From: the human T2T-CHM13v2.0 reference genome, Homo sapiens
Direction of reading: 5' to 3'
Assembly (NCBI GenBank): GCA_009914755.4
Contig: CP086569.2
Location: 6,816,001 to 6,880,000 of the forward strand
Length of the DNA stretch: 64,000 bases
Under the pieces are notes generated by a model. The model did no database searches, was not told where the DNA came from, and worked only from the letters and a program-made list of their open reading frames with translations. Of the stretch, positions 40,753-57,870 are shown piece after piece (within the stretch, counting starts at the first letter, position 1; every line of letters begins with the position of its first letter). The translations under genes were made by a program, and so were the position numbers.

Positions 40753-41201
40753 TGGAAAATTAAAAGAAATTAAGAACTTACTGTATAAAGTTAGGCAGAA
40801 TAGGTATGAAATGCCCCCCCAAGAAGTGAGAGTTAAGTAAGACTATAAACTGACTTTCTGTGGAGTCTGTGAAGCATTAACCATATCTCTCCTCAACATA
40901 TTTTGTAAGTTCTGTAAGTTCTTAATTTTCTAGCTGTGCAGCTGCAAGGTCACAAAATAGATAAACATAAGCTGCAAGACATGTTTTCCGAAGAATGTCA
41001 CATGATGATTAACTGCCTTTGTTCTCACTTCTGTAAGCCTGCTTCCTGGATCACATAATTCCCGCCTGAAGATGCATAAAAGGCACTTGTTTTCTTCGTT
41101 TACTGCTCAGACTTTCAAGACGTGTCCCCTGAGCCAGTGTACACCTAAAATAAACCCTCCTGAACCCCACTTGGTCTCTCCAGTTCTCTGATTTCTGCCA
41201 C
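40753..41201 (+). repeat. ERV-3 3' LTR (~450 bp)
   Basis: Starts 'tggaaaatt' right after the polypurine tract. It has a TATA-like 'gcataaaagg' at ~41078 and 'aataaa' at ~41150, and ends '...ctgatttctgccaca'. No matching 5' LTR copy was found between 25.7 and 33.2 kb. Confidence 0.7.
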
Positions 41202-41404
41202 AGTGCAACTTTAAATCCACATGAAATCTGAACTAATATAGGGAAGATGCAGCATTTGTAGCCAGCAATTACCCTGGAAATTCCCCAGAAACAGTAACAT
41301 TCTGATTCCTATAGGCTTTCTTGTCTGACTTTGCATCCAGCTTTCCTTTCTTCTTTTTTTTTTAATCATGAAGAGGATATTGAAATATAACTTTAAAAAG
41401 AAAC

Positions 41405-41850
41405 AAGAGTCCCAAGCATGGTAGCTCACACCTGTCATCCCAGCACTTTGGGAGGTAGAGGTGGGAGGATACCCTGAACCTAGGGCAACATAGTGAGATC
41501 CCAGCTCTACAGAAAAGTTTTTAAAATTGGCCAGGCTTGATAGCATGCACCTAATGGTCCCAGCATCACAGGAGCCTGCGATAGGAGGATCGTTTAGCCC
41601 AAAGTTTGATACCAGCCTGGGCAACATAGTAAGGCCTCATATCTACAAAACGTTTTTAAAAATTAGCCAGATATAGTGGCACACACCTGTGGTCCAAGTA
41701 TCACAGGGGGTTGAGACACAAGGATTGTTTGAGCCCACAAAAGTTGAGACTGCAGTGAGCTATGATCACACCACTGCACTCCATCCTGGGCAACAGAGTA
41801 AGATCCTGCCTCTAAAAAAATAAAAAATAAAAAAATAAAAAAAGATTGCT
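41405..41850 (+). mobile_element. Alu-derived composite (an extra monomer plus a full Alu) with an A-rich tail
   Basis: Two left-monomer-like segments ('gcatggtagctcacacctgtcatcccagcactttgggagg...', 'ccaggcttgatagcatgcacctaatggtcccagc...') are followed by the right arm '...gcagtgagctatgatcacaccactgcactccatcctgggcaacagagtaagatcctgcctc'. Confidence 0.75.
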
Positions 41851-41934
41851 TTTGGAGGCCAGACCAGACTTGGATATTATGGTAAAACGAGAAAATGCAA
41901 ATGGAAATGTATTTTAGCAGCATTAAAGTATCAT

Positions 41935-42262
<328 letters not shown>

Positions 42263-42707
42263 TGGATCATCCCTGACAAACATATTTCTGGCCTTTTGCA
42301 TGCAAACAGTGATTACACCCATGTAGCCAGTCCCGCTGCTGCCACCAGCAGTTCAGCTCCCTTGGGACAAAATACCTTAGATGAACACTCACTTCTCTTA
42401 TTGAATCTGGCCATTTAGGGGATGGAGGTGACTCCTCCTGACCTCTTCTGCAGGTTCCTCGTACATTTCTGCTCTCCATTCTAGAACCTCAAATCTTAAA
42501 CATCACGTTCTCTGGTTTCACTGTAGCCACTTGACCTGTGCTCTTTCTGTAGTTGTCACTCCAAATAGATGATTCTCCCTGACCTCTTTTATCCCATAAT
42601 TCCCCCACATTGACACCTAAGGCAGGACACATTAGAGAAGACAGAAAATCAAGTCTAGTGAGAAAGCAATCAACAATGCTTTGCTACCAATTTCTGTTCA
42701 AAGAAAT

Positions 42708-42995
42708 AGGCCAGGTGCAGTGGTTTACACTGCAATGTAAGCACTTTGGGAGGCTGGGGTGGGAAGATTGGATTGCTTGAGCCCAGGAGCTCAAAACCAG
42801 CTTAGGCAACATAGTGAGACTCTGTCTCTACAAAAAACATAAAAAATTAGCTGGGCTTGATGGTATGCATCTGTAGTCTCAGCTACTGAGGAGGCTGAGG
42901 TGGGAGGATCAGTTGAGCCCAGAGTTCAGGGCTGAGTGAGCTAAGATCATACCACTGCCCTCCAGCCAGTGCAACAAAGTGAGATCACACTCAGA
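42708..42995 (+). mobile_element. Alu element
   Basis: 'ggccaggtgcagtggtttacactgcaatgtaagcactttgggaggctgg...cactgccctccagccagtgcaacaaagtgagatc'. Confidence 0.85.
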
Positions 42996-43145
42996 AAAGC
43001 ATATGCCTTCATTTATTAATTTTCTCATGCAACCAATATTTATTTGAGTTAGGATTGTATGCTCAGGAACATACCAGATACAAAAGGATATAACAGAAAA
43101 TGTAACCAGCAATGCCTCTGCCCTTGTTGAGTTTAAAATCTAGTG

Positions 43146-43470
43146 GCCACAGGGGTAAGGCTTGGTGACACATGCCTGTAATCTCAGCACTTTGGGAGGG
43201 CTAGGAGGGAGGATCATTTGAACCCAGGAGTTTGAGACCAGCCTGGGGTACATGGCAAAACCCTCTCTCTACAAAAAACTTAAAAAGTTAGTTGGGCTTG
43301 GGGGTGCATACCTGTAGTCTCAGCTACTAAGGGGACTGAGCTGGGAGAATCACCTGAGCCCAGGAAGTCGAGGCTTCAGTGAGCTGTGACCCTGCTACTG
43401 CAATCCAGCCTGGGCAATGGAAAGAGACCCTGTCTCAAAAGAGTTAATTAATTAATTAATTAATTTAAAT
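43146..43470 (+). mobile_element. Alu element with a (TTAA)n tail
   Basis: '...gcctgtaatctcagcactttgggagggctaggaggg...ctgcaatccagcctgggcaatggaaagagaccctgtctcaaaagagttaattaattaattaa'. Confidence 0.9.
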
Positions 43471-44059
43471 CTAGTGACCAGAGAGAGCTGATAATCCAAC
43501 AAGCTCAAGAAAGTGTCAGAGAGTACAAAAAAAAAAAAAAAAAAGCAAGGTGGTATGATAGAGAAGGTCCTCTTTCCTGAGATGAAATTTGAGTTGAGAC
43601 CTGAAGGCTGACTACAAAAAGACTTAGGGGAAGAGCTTCCCAGAGGGCAAAAGAGTTTTGTGGAAACCACACAAGGGTTCCACACTACACAGCACACATA
43701 ACAGGTATTCATGCATAGCTACAATCTATAACTCAAGTCATAAATTGGTGAACCCATCTGCATGGTCCAACTTCCCCAACGTCATTTCACAAAATCAAAG
43801 TGGGATTACTTTTTAACCTACAAATGTTAATTCAATCAAATGTCTGCCCCACACCTCCCATACTCCTTCAAGGTGGCCCATGTCAGTGGGTGTTTGTGAC
43901 CCAATTGTTTATCAGGTCATTAAGCAAATCAAAGCAACCTAATACACTAAGACCATAGTTCAGATAAAGAGCTGAATTTTGGACATTCCTTTTGTGTTGG
44001 TGGTGCTTATCATATTTTTAAAAATGAGAACCGTTGGAACTTGAATATGAGCAGACTCA

Positions 44060-44470
44060 TACACACACACTTATGATGAGCTTTGTATGAGATATATGCT
44101 TGCATGTGTATAATGTGCATTACATATATTCTTTTACAAACTTTTATATGTATATATGTGTATAATATATTTTCACATATATACACATTCTTTTAAATTA
44201 TATATGTATTATTTATATGACCATATGTTTCTATTACACACATTGTGTGTATGTTATATATAATATATACACAATATATAATACATAGACTTTTATCTAC
44301 ATCACATATAATACATACAACATATATTACATAATATATAAATACATTCAAAAGAACATGTGCGTATATGTCCGTATATATACACACACATATAAAAATA
44401 TGTGTAAAAGAAAACATTATAGGGACATACATACACACATGCACACATAAAATGTATATATGCTATGTAA
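44060..44470. repeat. AT-rich (TATATG/ATATAC-type) low-complexity tract
   Basis: Read directly. It produces the C/Y/I-rich ORF 44193-44444. Confidence 0.9.
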
Positions 44471-44482
44471 ATGCATATAATA

Positions 44483-45075
<593 letters not shown>

Positions 45076-45089
45076 CATATAATATAATG

Positions 45090-45141
45090 TATGCACATAC
45101 AGATAGACAGATTAGATGATAGGGAGATGATACATAGAAGG

Positions 45142-45194
<53 letters not shown>

Positions 45195-45300
45195 CATAGA
45201 TAATTAATGGATAGATATATAGACATAGATATGTACATAGGTGATAACTGATGGATAGATAGATATGTACAGAGAGAGATTAGATAGCTAGATAGAAGAT
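45090..45300. repeat. (GATA)n-rich block, including a perfect (GATA)13 at ~45140-45191
   Basis: Read directly: 'gatagatagatagata...'. Degenerate GATA/GATG units lie on both sides. Confidence 0.95.
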
Positions 45301-45399
45301 ACATGATTGATGGGAAGATAAACAGATGGATGATTGACAGACAAACAGAGGGAGTCTCTCATGCTAAGACAGGGTCTCTAATCCTTACTACTCTTCACA

Positions 45400-46230
45400 T
45401 GCCTAACCTAAATACACACCACATGTGCATACATACACTACATACTGCACCCACAGGCACATGCATGTGTACACATGCATGTACACATACACACTAAATA
45501 CATGCCAGACATGCATACACACATATACACTACACGTTTGCATGTGCATACATATCAGACACAAGCAGGCAAACACATGCACATCACACACACGCACACA
45601 TGTATACGCCAAAAACATATGTACACAAACTGTGCACATGTGCCCTAAACATATCACATTTGCACACATATCCCACACATATGTGTGATCATATGCATGC
45701 ACACTCACTAAGGCATACTACACATGGATTAAAACACACACATAATATATACCACAGACATGCATGCACATACATACACAGTAATGCATGCTACATACAT
45801 GCACACTGGCACTGGTGGTGTGGTGGTGGGCACCTGTAATCCCAGCTACTCGGCAGGCTGACATCACACATACATGCACATATGAAGAGTAAATATATAT
45901 TAAACACATGCACACGATACCTGCATGCATATATACTTATATACTAACCTGCCTGCCTGCACACTACACACATTCATGCACATATAGGCACACACTAAAA
46001 ATACACCCCACATATACCACATAACACATATGTGTGGATGAATGCCCATTCACACACACTGAATGCACAGCACATATAAGCACACCACACACATCATGCA
46101 TGTGAACACACACACTATGAATATATACATGGTCATACACATCATACATGAACACATAGATGCATGTTACATATACACATACATGTCTGCACACAGACAT
46201 ATGTATGTGCACACAGGCTCACACACCACT
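45400..46230. repeat. (CACATG)/(CA)n-rich low-complexity region, ~800 bp
   Basis: Dense 'acacatgcacacata...' motifs. They produce the H/T/C/Y-rich artefactual ORFs 45303-46293. Confidence 0.9.
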
Positions 46231-46567
46231 TCACTGCTGGCCCTGAGGAAGGTGGGACGAGCTACATTTTTTCTGCCTGTCAGCCCAGTGTAAGCAAATG
46301 AAGTGACAGTGAGATGCTGGCAGAAAACAGAGTCTGCATATCAGGACACCACAGTATCAGCTATCATGTCTTCCTCCAGGGTCTTTGCTCAGCAGACACT
46401 GGGAGAGCCTCACAGTTCTCACGGGACCACCACTGTGGAGGCTGTGCCCTGATTTAACCCCCACCCAGGCCCACTCCCCACTTCAGTTCTTGTTCAAAGA
46501 TTCCATATGGAACTTGCTGCTTCAGGTCCCAAGAAGAAGAACATTGCCCTTAAAGACATTTCTGTTA

Positions 46568-46900
46568 GGCCTGGAGCTGTGGCTCATTCTTGTAACCCTA
46601 GCACTTTGGGAGGCCAAGGCAGGTGGATCACGAGGTCAGGAGTTTGAGACCAGTCTGGCCAACATAGTGAAACCCCGTCTCTATTAAAAATATAAAAATT
46701 AGTGTTGGTGGTGTGGTGGTGGGCACCTGTAATCCCAGCTACTCTGCAGGCTGAGAGAGGAGAATCACTTGAACCTGGGATGTAGAGGTTTCAGTGAGCT
46801 GAGATCGCACCACTGCCCTCTAGCCTGGGCAACAGAGAAAGACTCTGTCTCAAAATAAATAAATAAATAAATAAATAAAATAAAATAAAGACATTTCTCT
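46568..46900 (+). mobile_element. Alu element with an (AAAT)n tail
   Basis: 'ggcctggagctgtggctcattcttgtaaccctagcactttgggaggccaaggcagg...' through 'caaaataaataaataaataaataaataaaataaaataaag'. Confidence 0.9.
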
Positions 46901-47419
46901 TTGTGAAAATCAATTCCATGTTGACATTCCAGTTTTGCAATTGTTACACAGCAATGCATTTGCAATTATGAAATCCTGACTCTACTAATCAAAGGGAAGC
47001 AATTTTCAGTCTTCTCCAGTCTTCTTAGCCAGGTGTGGTGGAAGGTGCCTGTAATCCCAGCTATTGGGAGGCTGAGGCAGGAGAATTGCTTGAACCTGGG
47101 AGGCAGAGGTTGCAGTGAGCTGAGATTGAACCTACACAACCAAGGGACAGATCATCTCAACCCCCAAAACACTCCAAGCCTCAAAGGCCTCTGGAAATAG
47201 AGGAACGAAATATTGGGACATTTTACTCCCCCAGGCCCAGGAGTCAACTCCTAACTTGATTAAAATCTGTCCAGTCTCGAAAGTCTTGTTCCTCTCCCTG
47301 TGTGCAAACTTGGCACTCCTCATGCTACTTTGGAGCCTGCTCCTGTAGGTATCACATCATGAATATTTCAGCAGTTGTTTTTGGCAGCACATGGTGCTAG
47401 CATAAAAAAATAAATGAAA

Positions 47420-48081
<662 letters not shown>

Positions 48082-48398
48082 TCAAGCCAATTAACATATG
48101 CATTATCTCAAATTTTTATCATTTTTCGTTAAAATCTACTCAGCAATTTCTACACACACAAAACTTCCTTATTAACTACAGTCACCATGTTGTGCAATAG
48201 TTTAGTGAACTGTTATGTTGAAATGTAATAGAACATGGTACCATCAAATATCATAAACTTGGGACATGGTGAAGGCAGGGGAAAATGTTGTGTTTTAGGG
48301 AAATTGAATAGATCACAGCATTGACATCAGAGGTTGATACACATGTCCCTGTATCTGTCCTTTAGAAGCTGGGTGGACAGAGGATCAAGAAACGACCC

Positions 48399-48700
48399 TG
48401 GCTGGGTGTGGTGGCTCATGCCTGTATTTCCAGCACTTTAGGAGGCTGAAGCAGGCAGATCACTTGAGGTCAGGAATTCAAGACCAGTCTGGCCAACGTG
48501 GCAAAACGCCATCTCCACTAAAAATACAAAAATTAGCCAGGCATGGTGGCACATGTCTGTAGTCCCAGCTAATCTGGAAGCTAAGGCAGGAGAATTACTT
48601 GAATCTGGGAGTGGAGGTTGCAGTAAGTTGAGACCGCACCACTGCACTCCAGCTTAGGCCACAGAGCGAGAGGCCACTCCATCTCAAAAACAACAAAAAA
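48399..48700 (+). mobile_element. Alu element
   Basis: 'ggctgggtgtggtggctcatgcctgtatttccagcactttaggaggctgaagcagg...cactgcactccagcttaggccacagagcgagag'. Confidence 0.9.
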
Positions 48701-48951
48701 GGAAACAACCTCCCCAAGGCACAGACTCTTCATCTGTAAAGCGCATAAAATAAAAACAGAAACTTAAACCCTCTTAATCCAGCCAATCTGGGAGATCAAT
48801 AGAAGTTTGCCCCAACTCTTTTCCAGCCGAGGCAGGAGGATGGCTTAAGCCCAGGAGTAAAGACCACCCTGGGCAACATAGTCAGAACACATTTCTACAA
48901 AAATTATTATTTATTTATTTATTTATTATTTATTTTTTATTATTACTATTT

Positions 48952-49380
48952 TTTGAAACAGAGTCTTGCTCTGTCACCCAGGCTAGAGTGTAGTGGTACA
49001 ATCTCAGCTCGCTGCAACCTCCGACTCCTGGGTTCAAGCAATTCTCCTGCCTCAGCCTCCTGAGTAGCTGGGACTACAGATGTGTGCTACCATACCCAGC
49101 TAATTTTTGTATTTTTAGTACAGACAGGGTTTCACCATTTGGGCCAGGATGTTCTTGACCTCCTGACCTTGTGATCTACCCGCCTCAGCCTCCCAAAGTG
49201 CTGGGATTACAGGCTTGAACCACTGTGCCTGGCCTGCAGATATTTTTACAAATTACCTGGGCATAGTGGTGTGTGCCTTTAGTCTCAGCTACTCAAGAGG
49301 CAGAGAGGCAGGAGGATCGCTTGAGTTGATGCTGCAGTGAGCTATACTCATGTCCCTGCACTCCAGCCTTGGTGACAGGC
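48952..49380 (-). mobile_element. Alu element in minus orientation (48952-49235), followed by a partial plus-strand Alu right arm (49250-49380)
   Basis: 'ttttgaaacagagtcttgctctgtcacccaggctagagtgtagtggtacaatctcagctcgctgcaacctc...gtgctgggattacaggcttgaaccactgtgcctggcc', then 'cctgggcatagtggtgtgtgcctttagtctcagctactcaagagg...'. Confidence 0.85.
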
Positions 49381-49624
49381 TTATCCTGTTTAGTACTGAA
49401 AAAACAAAGCTTATCCTTGTTTAGGACTGATGAAGATCACCATGGTGACAAGGTGGGTTTAGGAAGTTGGGTGGGGGGGACTTCTATAAATAGAATCCAA
49501 AATCTAAAAATTATTGATTATCAGTCTTACATTTTATTCTTACCCTATTTCAATCTGATGAAATAGGATAGTGGGATGTGAGTGACTTACTTTTTTTTCT
49601 TCATGGATTTCATTTGTGTTTTAA

Positions 49625-49950
<326 letters not shown>

Positions 49951-50409
49951 CCAGTCATATTTTTATGTAGACTGAAAATTAAAAATAGACAAAAGGCAAA
50001 ACTATAGAAGAAGTAAAAAGATCAGTGTTTGTCAGCGTCCTGGGGGAGAGAGAGGAGGAGGAACACAGGAAGCATAGGGGATTTTGAGGGCAGTGAAACT
50101 ATTCTGTATGATGTATCTGCAGATACTATTCCATATCTACAACTCAGTCTCTATTTATCAAAACCCATAGAACTGCACAGCACAAAGAGTGAGCCCTCAT
50201 GGAGACTGTGGACTCTGGTGAATGATAATGTCCCACTATCAGCTCATCAGTTGTAACACGTGTACCACACTAATGCGAGGTGTCAATCATGGGGCAAACT
50301 TTGTTGTATATACAGGCAAGTGGGTCTAGGGGAACCCTAGACTTTCTGCTCAGCTTTTAAATAAACCTGAAACTGCCCCTAAAAGCAAAGCCTATTCATT
50401 TAAAAAATA

Positions 50410-50800
50410 GAATAAATGGCCCTTCCAGCAACTTGGATGGACTTGGAGGCCATTATTCTAAGCGAAGTAAGTCAGGCATGAAAGGCAAATATTCATGATA
50501 TTAAGTGAGTATGTTCTCACTTATAACTGGGAGCTAAGCCATGAGGATGCACAGGCATAAGAGTGATATAATGAACTCTGGGGACTTGGCGGGGAACAAG
50601 GGAAGGGAGTGGGGAGTAAAACACTACAAATTGAGTACAGTTTATACTACTTGGGTGACAGGTGCATGAAAAATCTCAGAAATGATTAACACCATGAAAG
50701 AACTTATCCACATAAATAAAACACTACCTGTTCTCCAAAAACTGCTGAAACAAAATTTTTAAAAAATGAAAAATAGAATAACACTAAAAAATTAACTAAA
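50410..50800 (+). mobile_element. L1 3'-end fragment (ORF2 C-terminus / 3'UTR)
   Basis: 'ggatggacttggaggccattattctaagcgaagtaagtcaggcatgaaaggcaaatattcatgatattaagtgagtatgttctcacttataactgggagctaagcc...'. Confidence 0.8.
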
Positions 50801-50916
50801 TAAAATAGACAAAAGGAAAACCACTCACCTTGCCACTGCATGTGCTCTGCACAATTCCTTTCCTTATAAGCATTATGGAACAAATAAAAATAGATGATTG
50901 AAAAAATGCAGTGATG

Positions 50917-51555
<639 letters not shown>

Positions 51556-51865
51556 CATGTGACCTCACTTGGTGACTGCGTATTTCGGCTCTGGGATTCA
51601 GGGGTCTCCTGCAAGAGCCAGGCTGGAATTCATCCTGCTGATGGAGTGATCCTTCTGGATAGGTCACATATTTGAGCACATTCCCATCTGCTTGAGATTT
51701 TCTGCTTTTGCCTACAAATTATCATTTTCCTGCTTATGGCCATGACACAGAAATTAACAGATGCTTGAAGTTTGAAGCCAGTGTTAAAAATAAATTGACA
51801 TCCTTACAGGGGATATCTCTTGACAACTATGTTATTTATGATTTTGCAAATGCTGGTATTTCTAA

Positions 51866-52115
<250 letters not shown>

Positions 52116-52171
52116 TTTGTTTGTTTGCTTGTTTTACATTAAAGTCTTTATAAACTTTAAAAGAAAATGTG

Positions 52172-52462
52172 GCAGCACAGTGGCTCACACCTATAATCCC
52201 AGCACTTTGGGAGGCAGAGTGGGGGCGGATCATGAGGTCAAGAGTTTGAGAGCAGCCTGGCCAACAGGGTGAAACCCCATCTATACTAAAAATGCAAAAA
52301 CTAGCTGGGTGTGGTGGCACATGCCTGCAATCCCAGATACGCGGGAGGCTGAGGCAGGAGAATCACTTGAACTTGAGGGCACGGAGATTGCCATGAGTCA
52401 AGATAGCCCCATTGCACTCAAGCGTCAGTGGAAGAGCAAAACTCCATCTCAAAAAAAAAAAA
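52172..52462 (+). mobile_element. Alu element
   Basis: 'ggcagcacagtggctcacacctataatcccagcactttgggaggcagagtggggg...' through 'ccatctcaaaaaaaaaaa'. Confidence 0.85.
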
Positions 52463-52562
52463 GAAGAAGAAAGAAAAGAAAATGTGCTTAGCAAAATGTC
52501 CCTAAATTTCATAAATACTTACTGTTTTTTCACACACACACACACACAAACACACACATATA

Positions 52563-52853
52563 TATTTTGAGACAGAATCTCACTCTATTGCCCAGGCTGG
52601 AGTGCAGTCAGTGGCATGACCTCTGCTCACTGCAACCTCTACCTCCCAGGTTCAAGCGATTCTCCCACCTCAGCCTCCTGAGTAGGGGATTTATAGGTGC
52701 GCATCACCATGTCTGACTAATTTTTGTATTTTTAATGGCAACAGGGTTTCACCATGTTAGCAAGGCTGCTCTCGAACTTCTGACTTCAAGTGATCCACCC
52801 ACCTCAGCTTCCCAGAGTGCTGGGATTACAGGCATAAGCCACTGTGCCTGGCC
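52563..52853 (-). mobile_element. Alu element in minus orientation, preceded by a (CA)n run at 52530-52560
   Basis: 'ttttgagacagaatctcactctattgcccaggctggagtgcagtcagtggcatgacctctgctcactgcaacctctacctcccagg...gtgctgggattacaggcataagccactgtgcctggcc'. Confidence 0.9.
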
Positions 52854-52881
52854 AATAACGTATTTTTAAAAATGTAATAGC

Positions 52882-53040
52882 CAGGCATAGTGGCTCATGT
52901 CTGTAATCCCAGCACTCTGGAAGGCAGAGGTGAAAAATGGCTTGAACCCAGGAGTTTAAGACCACTGTGGGCTACATGGCGAAACTCTGTCTCTATAATA
53001 AAATAATAATAATGATAAAATTTTAAAATAACAATAATAA
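52882..53040 (+). mobile_element. Alu fragment (left monomer)
   Basis: 'gccaggcatagtggctcatgtctgtaatcccagcactctggaaggcagagg...gagtttaagaccactgtgggctacatggcgaaactctgtctc'. Confidence 0.75.
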
Positions 53041-53889
53041 GAATAATAAGCAGTATTTGTTTAAAATGATTAGACATACCAAACCAATCTTCTTCATCTC
53101 TACACATCGTCAGCCAAATGCAGGTTTTTTGCTACAATACAAATGTATATTTTTCAGGCCAAATTGCCACTTTCCAAACCCAAAGCAAGCATACTACTCC
53201 AGACATTTTGAAGAATTTGGCAGAAAGTGTTGTTGTTTTTTGAATGGCATAAGCTCTTGCCTAACCACATTCCAAAATACTCCGCCATTGTTTGGTTGGG
53301 GGAAAGCATCTACTTCTAAAAGTATATTATACAGTTTTTAAGGGGCTGACTGTTTTTACTGGTGATTTATGGTCCTTTTTAAAGCCTCTTAATTCTCTCT
53401 GGCACTATTAAACCAAATTCATGACCCACCAAGATGGTGTCAAAGATAAAACTCTCTGAGATTCATAATTGACAGTCAACTGGGAGACCACACCTAAGAA
53501 ATTAATAGTTCATGTGATACCAACATTTTAAAACAAGGAAAATGTAGAAAACATTGCCTGCTTTTTATATCTTCTCATGACTTTCAGTCTGGGGCAGGTT
53601 CAAGCAAGTTCAGTCAAAGAAAAACATTTGTTGCAAAGTTGTCTTTAATCCTCTCATGTCATTTATCATAGCTGAAAAAAAAAATCAGTTATACAGTTGA
53701 GGCCTGCTTCATCAAAACTTAAACCTTTGTGTTTCAAAGGACACCATCAAGAAAGGAAATTACAACCATAGTGGGAGAAAATGCAAATCATTTACCCGAT
53801 TAGAGACTTGTGTACATAATATAGAAATCATCCTTTTCACTCAGAAACAAAATTACTTTTAAAATTCAATTTACAAGTGGGTAGGGAGC

Positions 53890-55265
<1,376 letters not shown>

Positions 55266-56107
55266 ACTAGGATAGCTAGTGTCAAGGTCGGATAATAACA
55301 AGTGCTGGTGAGCATGTGGAGAAATTGGAACCCTCCTAGAGTGTTATGTAAGATTGTACAGCCACTGTGGAAAACAGTCAGACGGCTCCTGAAAAATGGC
55401 GTTCTTCATAATTTTCAAGGATGTAAAGGGGTCTCAAGACTAAAAATTTGAGACCCACTCCTTAATGAAAATATTTTCTCATATGTAACTTCTGTTTGTT
55501 GACTTCTTCTCAATTCAATTGTTGCATTCAACTAACTGGATCGAGACATCATCTCTCTACAGAGAAGTTGATTTTTGTCTTTATTTTCTCTCTGAAGCCA
55601 ATGAGAAAAACATATAGAGCCTCCTGTAATAGCCACTGAATTATAAGAGACAAAATAAAACCAAATGATGACAGCATGAAACAGACATACTGAACAAACT
55701 CATTTGCTAATATGGAGTTATAGCTACTTGTAAGCTAATTTAAGTGCTTTCCTTTGCCATATTGTATGCTACAACATCAACTCTGAGATCTAAACTGGCT
55801 CTAACTCTATTCAACACTATGTACTAATGATACATAAGGCAGGGGTCTGTTTTTTATAAACAAAGTTTTATGGGAACACAGGCGCTCCCGTTCATTTAAG
55901 TATAGTCTGTATCTGTCTTCTGCTTCCTCAACGGAGTTGACCTCTTGCTACAGAGACTGTGTGATCTGCAAAGCCAAGAATACTTAGCATGTAGGCCTTT
56001 ACAGAGAAAGTTTGCCAAACCCTGCTAAATGATATAAATTGGACCCAGATTTTGCAGAAATTGCAAGGGTAAGCGTGCAGAAAAGAGAAACAAAAAGTAG
56101 AAATGGG

Positions 56108-56466
<359 letters not shown>

Positions 56467-57049
56467 TCAGGGGGACTTGCAATTCTGGGTGAGGTCACTG
56501 GCCAAAGAGGCTTGCCCAGCTCTGAAGCCATGCCAGGTCTTGTACTGGTATGTCAGAACACAGTCTGCTGCATGGGGCTGAGACACTGAAAATATAAACA
56601 GACAATGGCTAGGCCATGTATAAATAGAGAATCCTGACCCAAGATCTACAGCAACCAGCCTAGAAATCAATCCACTGCCTGTAGTAACCAGTCCCAAAAG
56701 CCAGCCTACTAGCTGCAAGTCTTGCTTGTGGTAAGTAAATCAGAACACTGTCTCTAGTAACAGCCCAGGAAGCCAAACAATGACCCCTGTAATCATTGGC
56801 CCCAAATGACCGGACTTGTTTAATAACTGACAGCGTTCCTAATTTTTGTCCCACTTCTAAATTAGGACCAACGAGAGACTACCACACATGCACTTGTAAC
56901 CAATAACATGGAATGTCCTGCCTGTAGTGAGCCTCCTACATCTCCCTGTGCCAGCCACCTCCAGTCAGGGCACACCTGAAGCCTCCCCTTTTCTCCACTA
57001 TGAAGCTGTCCTGCTTCTCTGCCTGCCTGTGAGTCTCCGCCAAATGCTT

Positions 57050-57870
57050 TTTAGAAGATGAATAGGTGGGTAGATGGATGAATAGATATTGAATGGATAG
57101 ATAAATGAATCATGGATAGAGGATGGATGGATGGATGGATGGATGCATAGATAATGGGTGACTGGATGAACAGAAAATGAATGAATGGATGGATGATGAG
57201 TGAATAGATGATGTATAAATTAATTATGGAGGGATGACTAGAAAATAGATTGATGATGGATGGATGAATAGAGGGATGGAAAAATGGATATATAGTAGAT
57301 GGATAAGTGATAGAAAGATTGCCAGATTGACAGATGAATAATGGATAGATGAATGGATGGATAGATGAATGAATGGATAGATGGATGATTGATTGATGAA
57401 TTGATAAATGTATAATGGATGAATGGATGGATGATGGATGAATGGATGGATGAGTGAGTGGATGGATGGATGGATGTGTGGGTGAGTGGTTGGGTGATGA
57501 AGGGAGGGAGGGATAAATGAATGGTGGGTGTACTGATGGATGGATGGATGATGGACAGATGAATAGATAATGTATGAATGGATGGATGATGAATAAATCA
57601 GTGGATAGATAAATAGATAATGTATAAATTGATGGATAGATGGGTATATAACAGGTGGACAAATGGATGAATGAATGGATGAATGAATGAACAGATGGAT
57701 GGATGAATAGAAATATAATGGGTGGATGTATAAATATATAATGGATGGATGAAGGATTGATGGATGGATGGGTGGATTGATAGATGGATATATAATGTAT
57801 GCATGAATGTATGAATAGATGTAAAATGGATGGATGGATGGAAACATAGATGGATGATGTGGCTGAACCC
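57050..57870. repeat. (GGAT)n / (GGATGAAT)n-type simple repeat, ~800 bp, G/A/T-rich on the + strand
   Basis: Read directly: 'ggatggatggatggatgg...gaatagatgaatg'. It is the source of the artefactual 307-aa and 207-aa minus-strand 'HPSIHPSIH' ORFs. Confidence 0.95.

Larger units (their letters stand above)
33208..41201 (+). mobile_element. ERV-3: class I endogenous retrovirus provirus, 5'-truncated. No 5' LTR was found. It has gag-pro-pol-env and a 3' LTR. It is a distinct family from ERV-1.
   Basis: Domain order gag CA (33708-33956), PR (34719-34901), RT (35285-36079), RNase H (36605-36895), IN (37240-37810), env (38450-40440), PPT 'caaaggggggaataaag', then an LTR with TATA and poly(A) signal. 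Confidence 0.8.
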
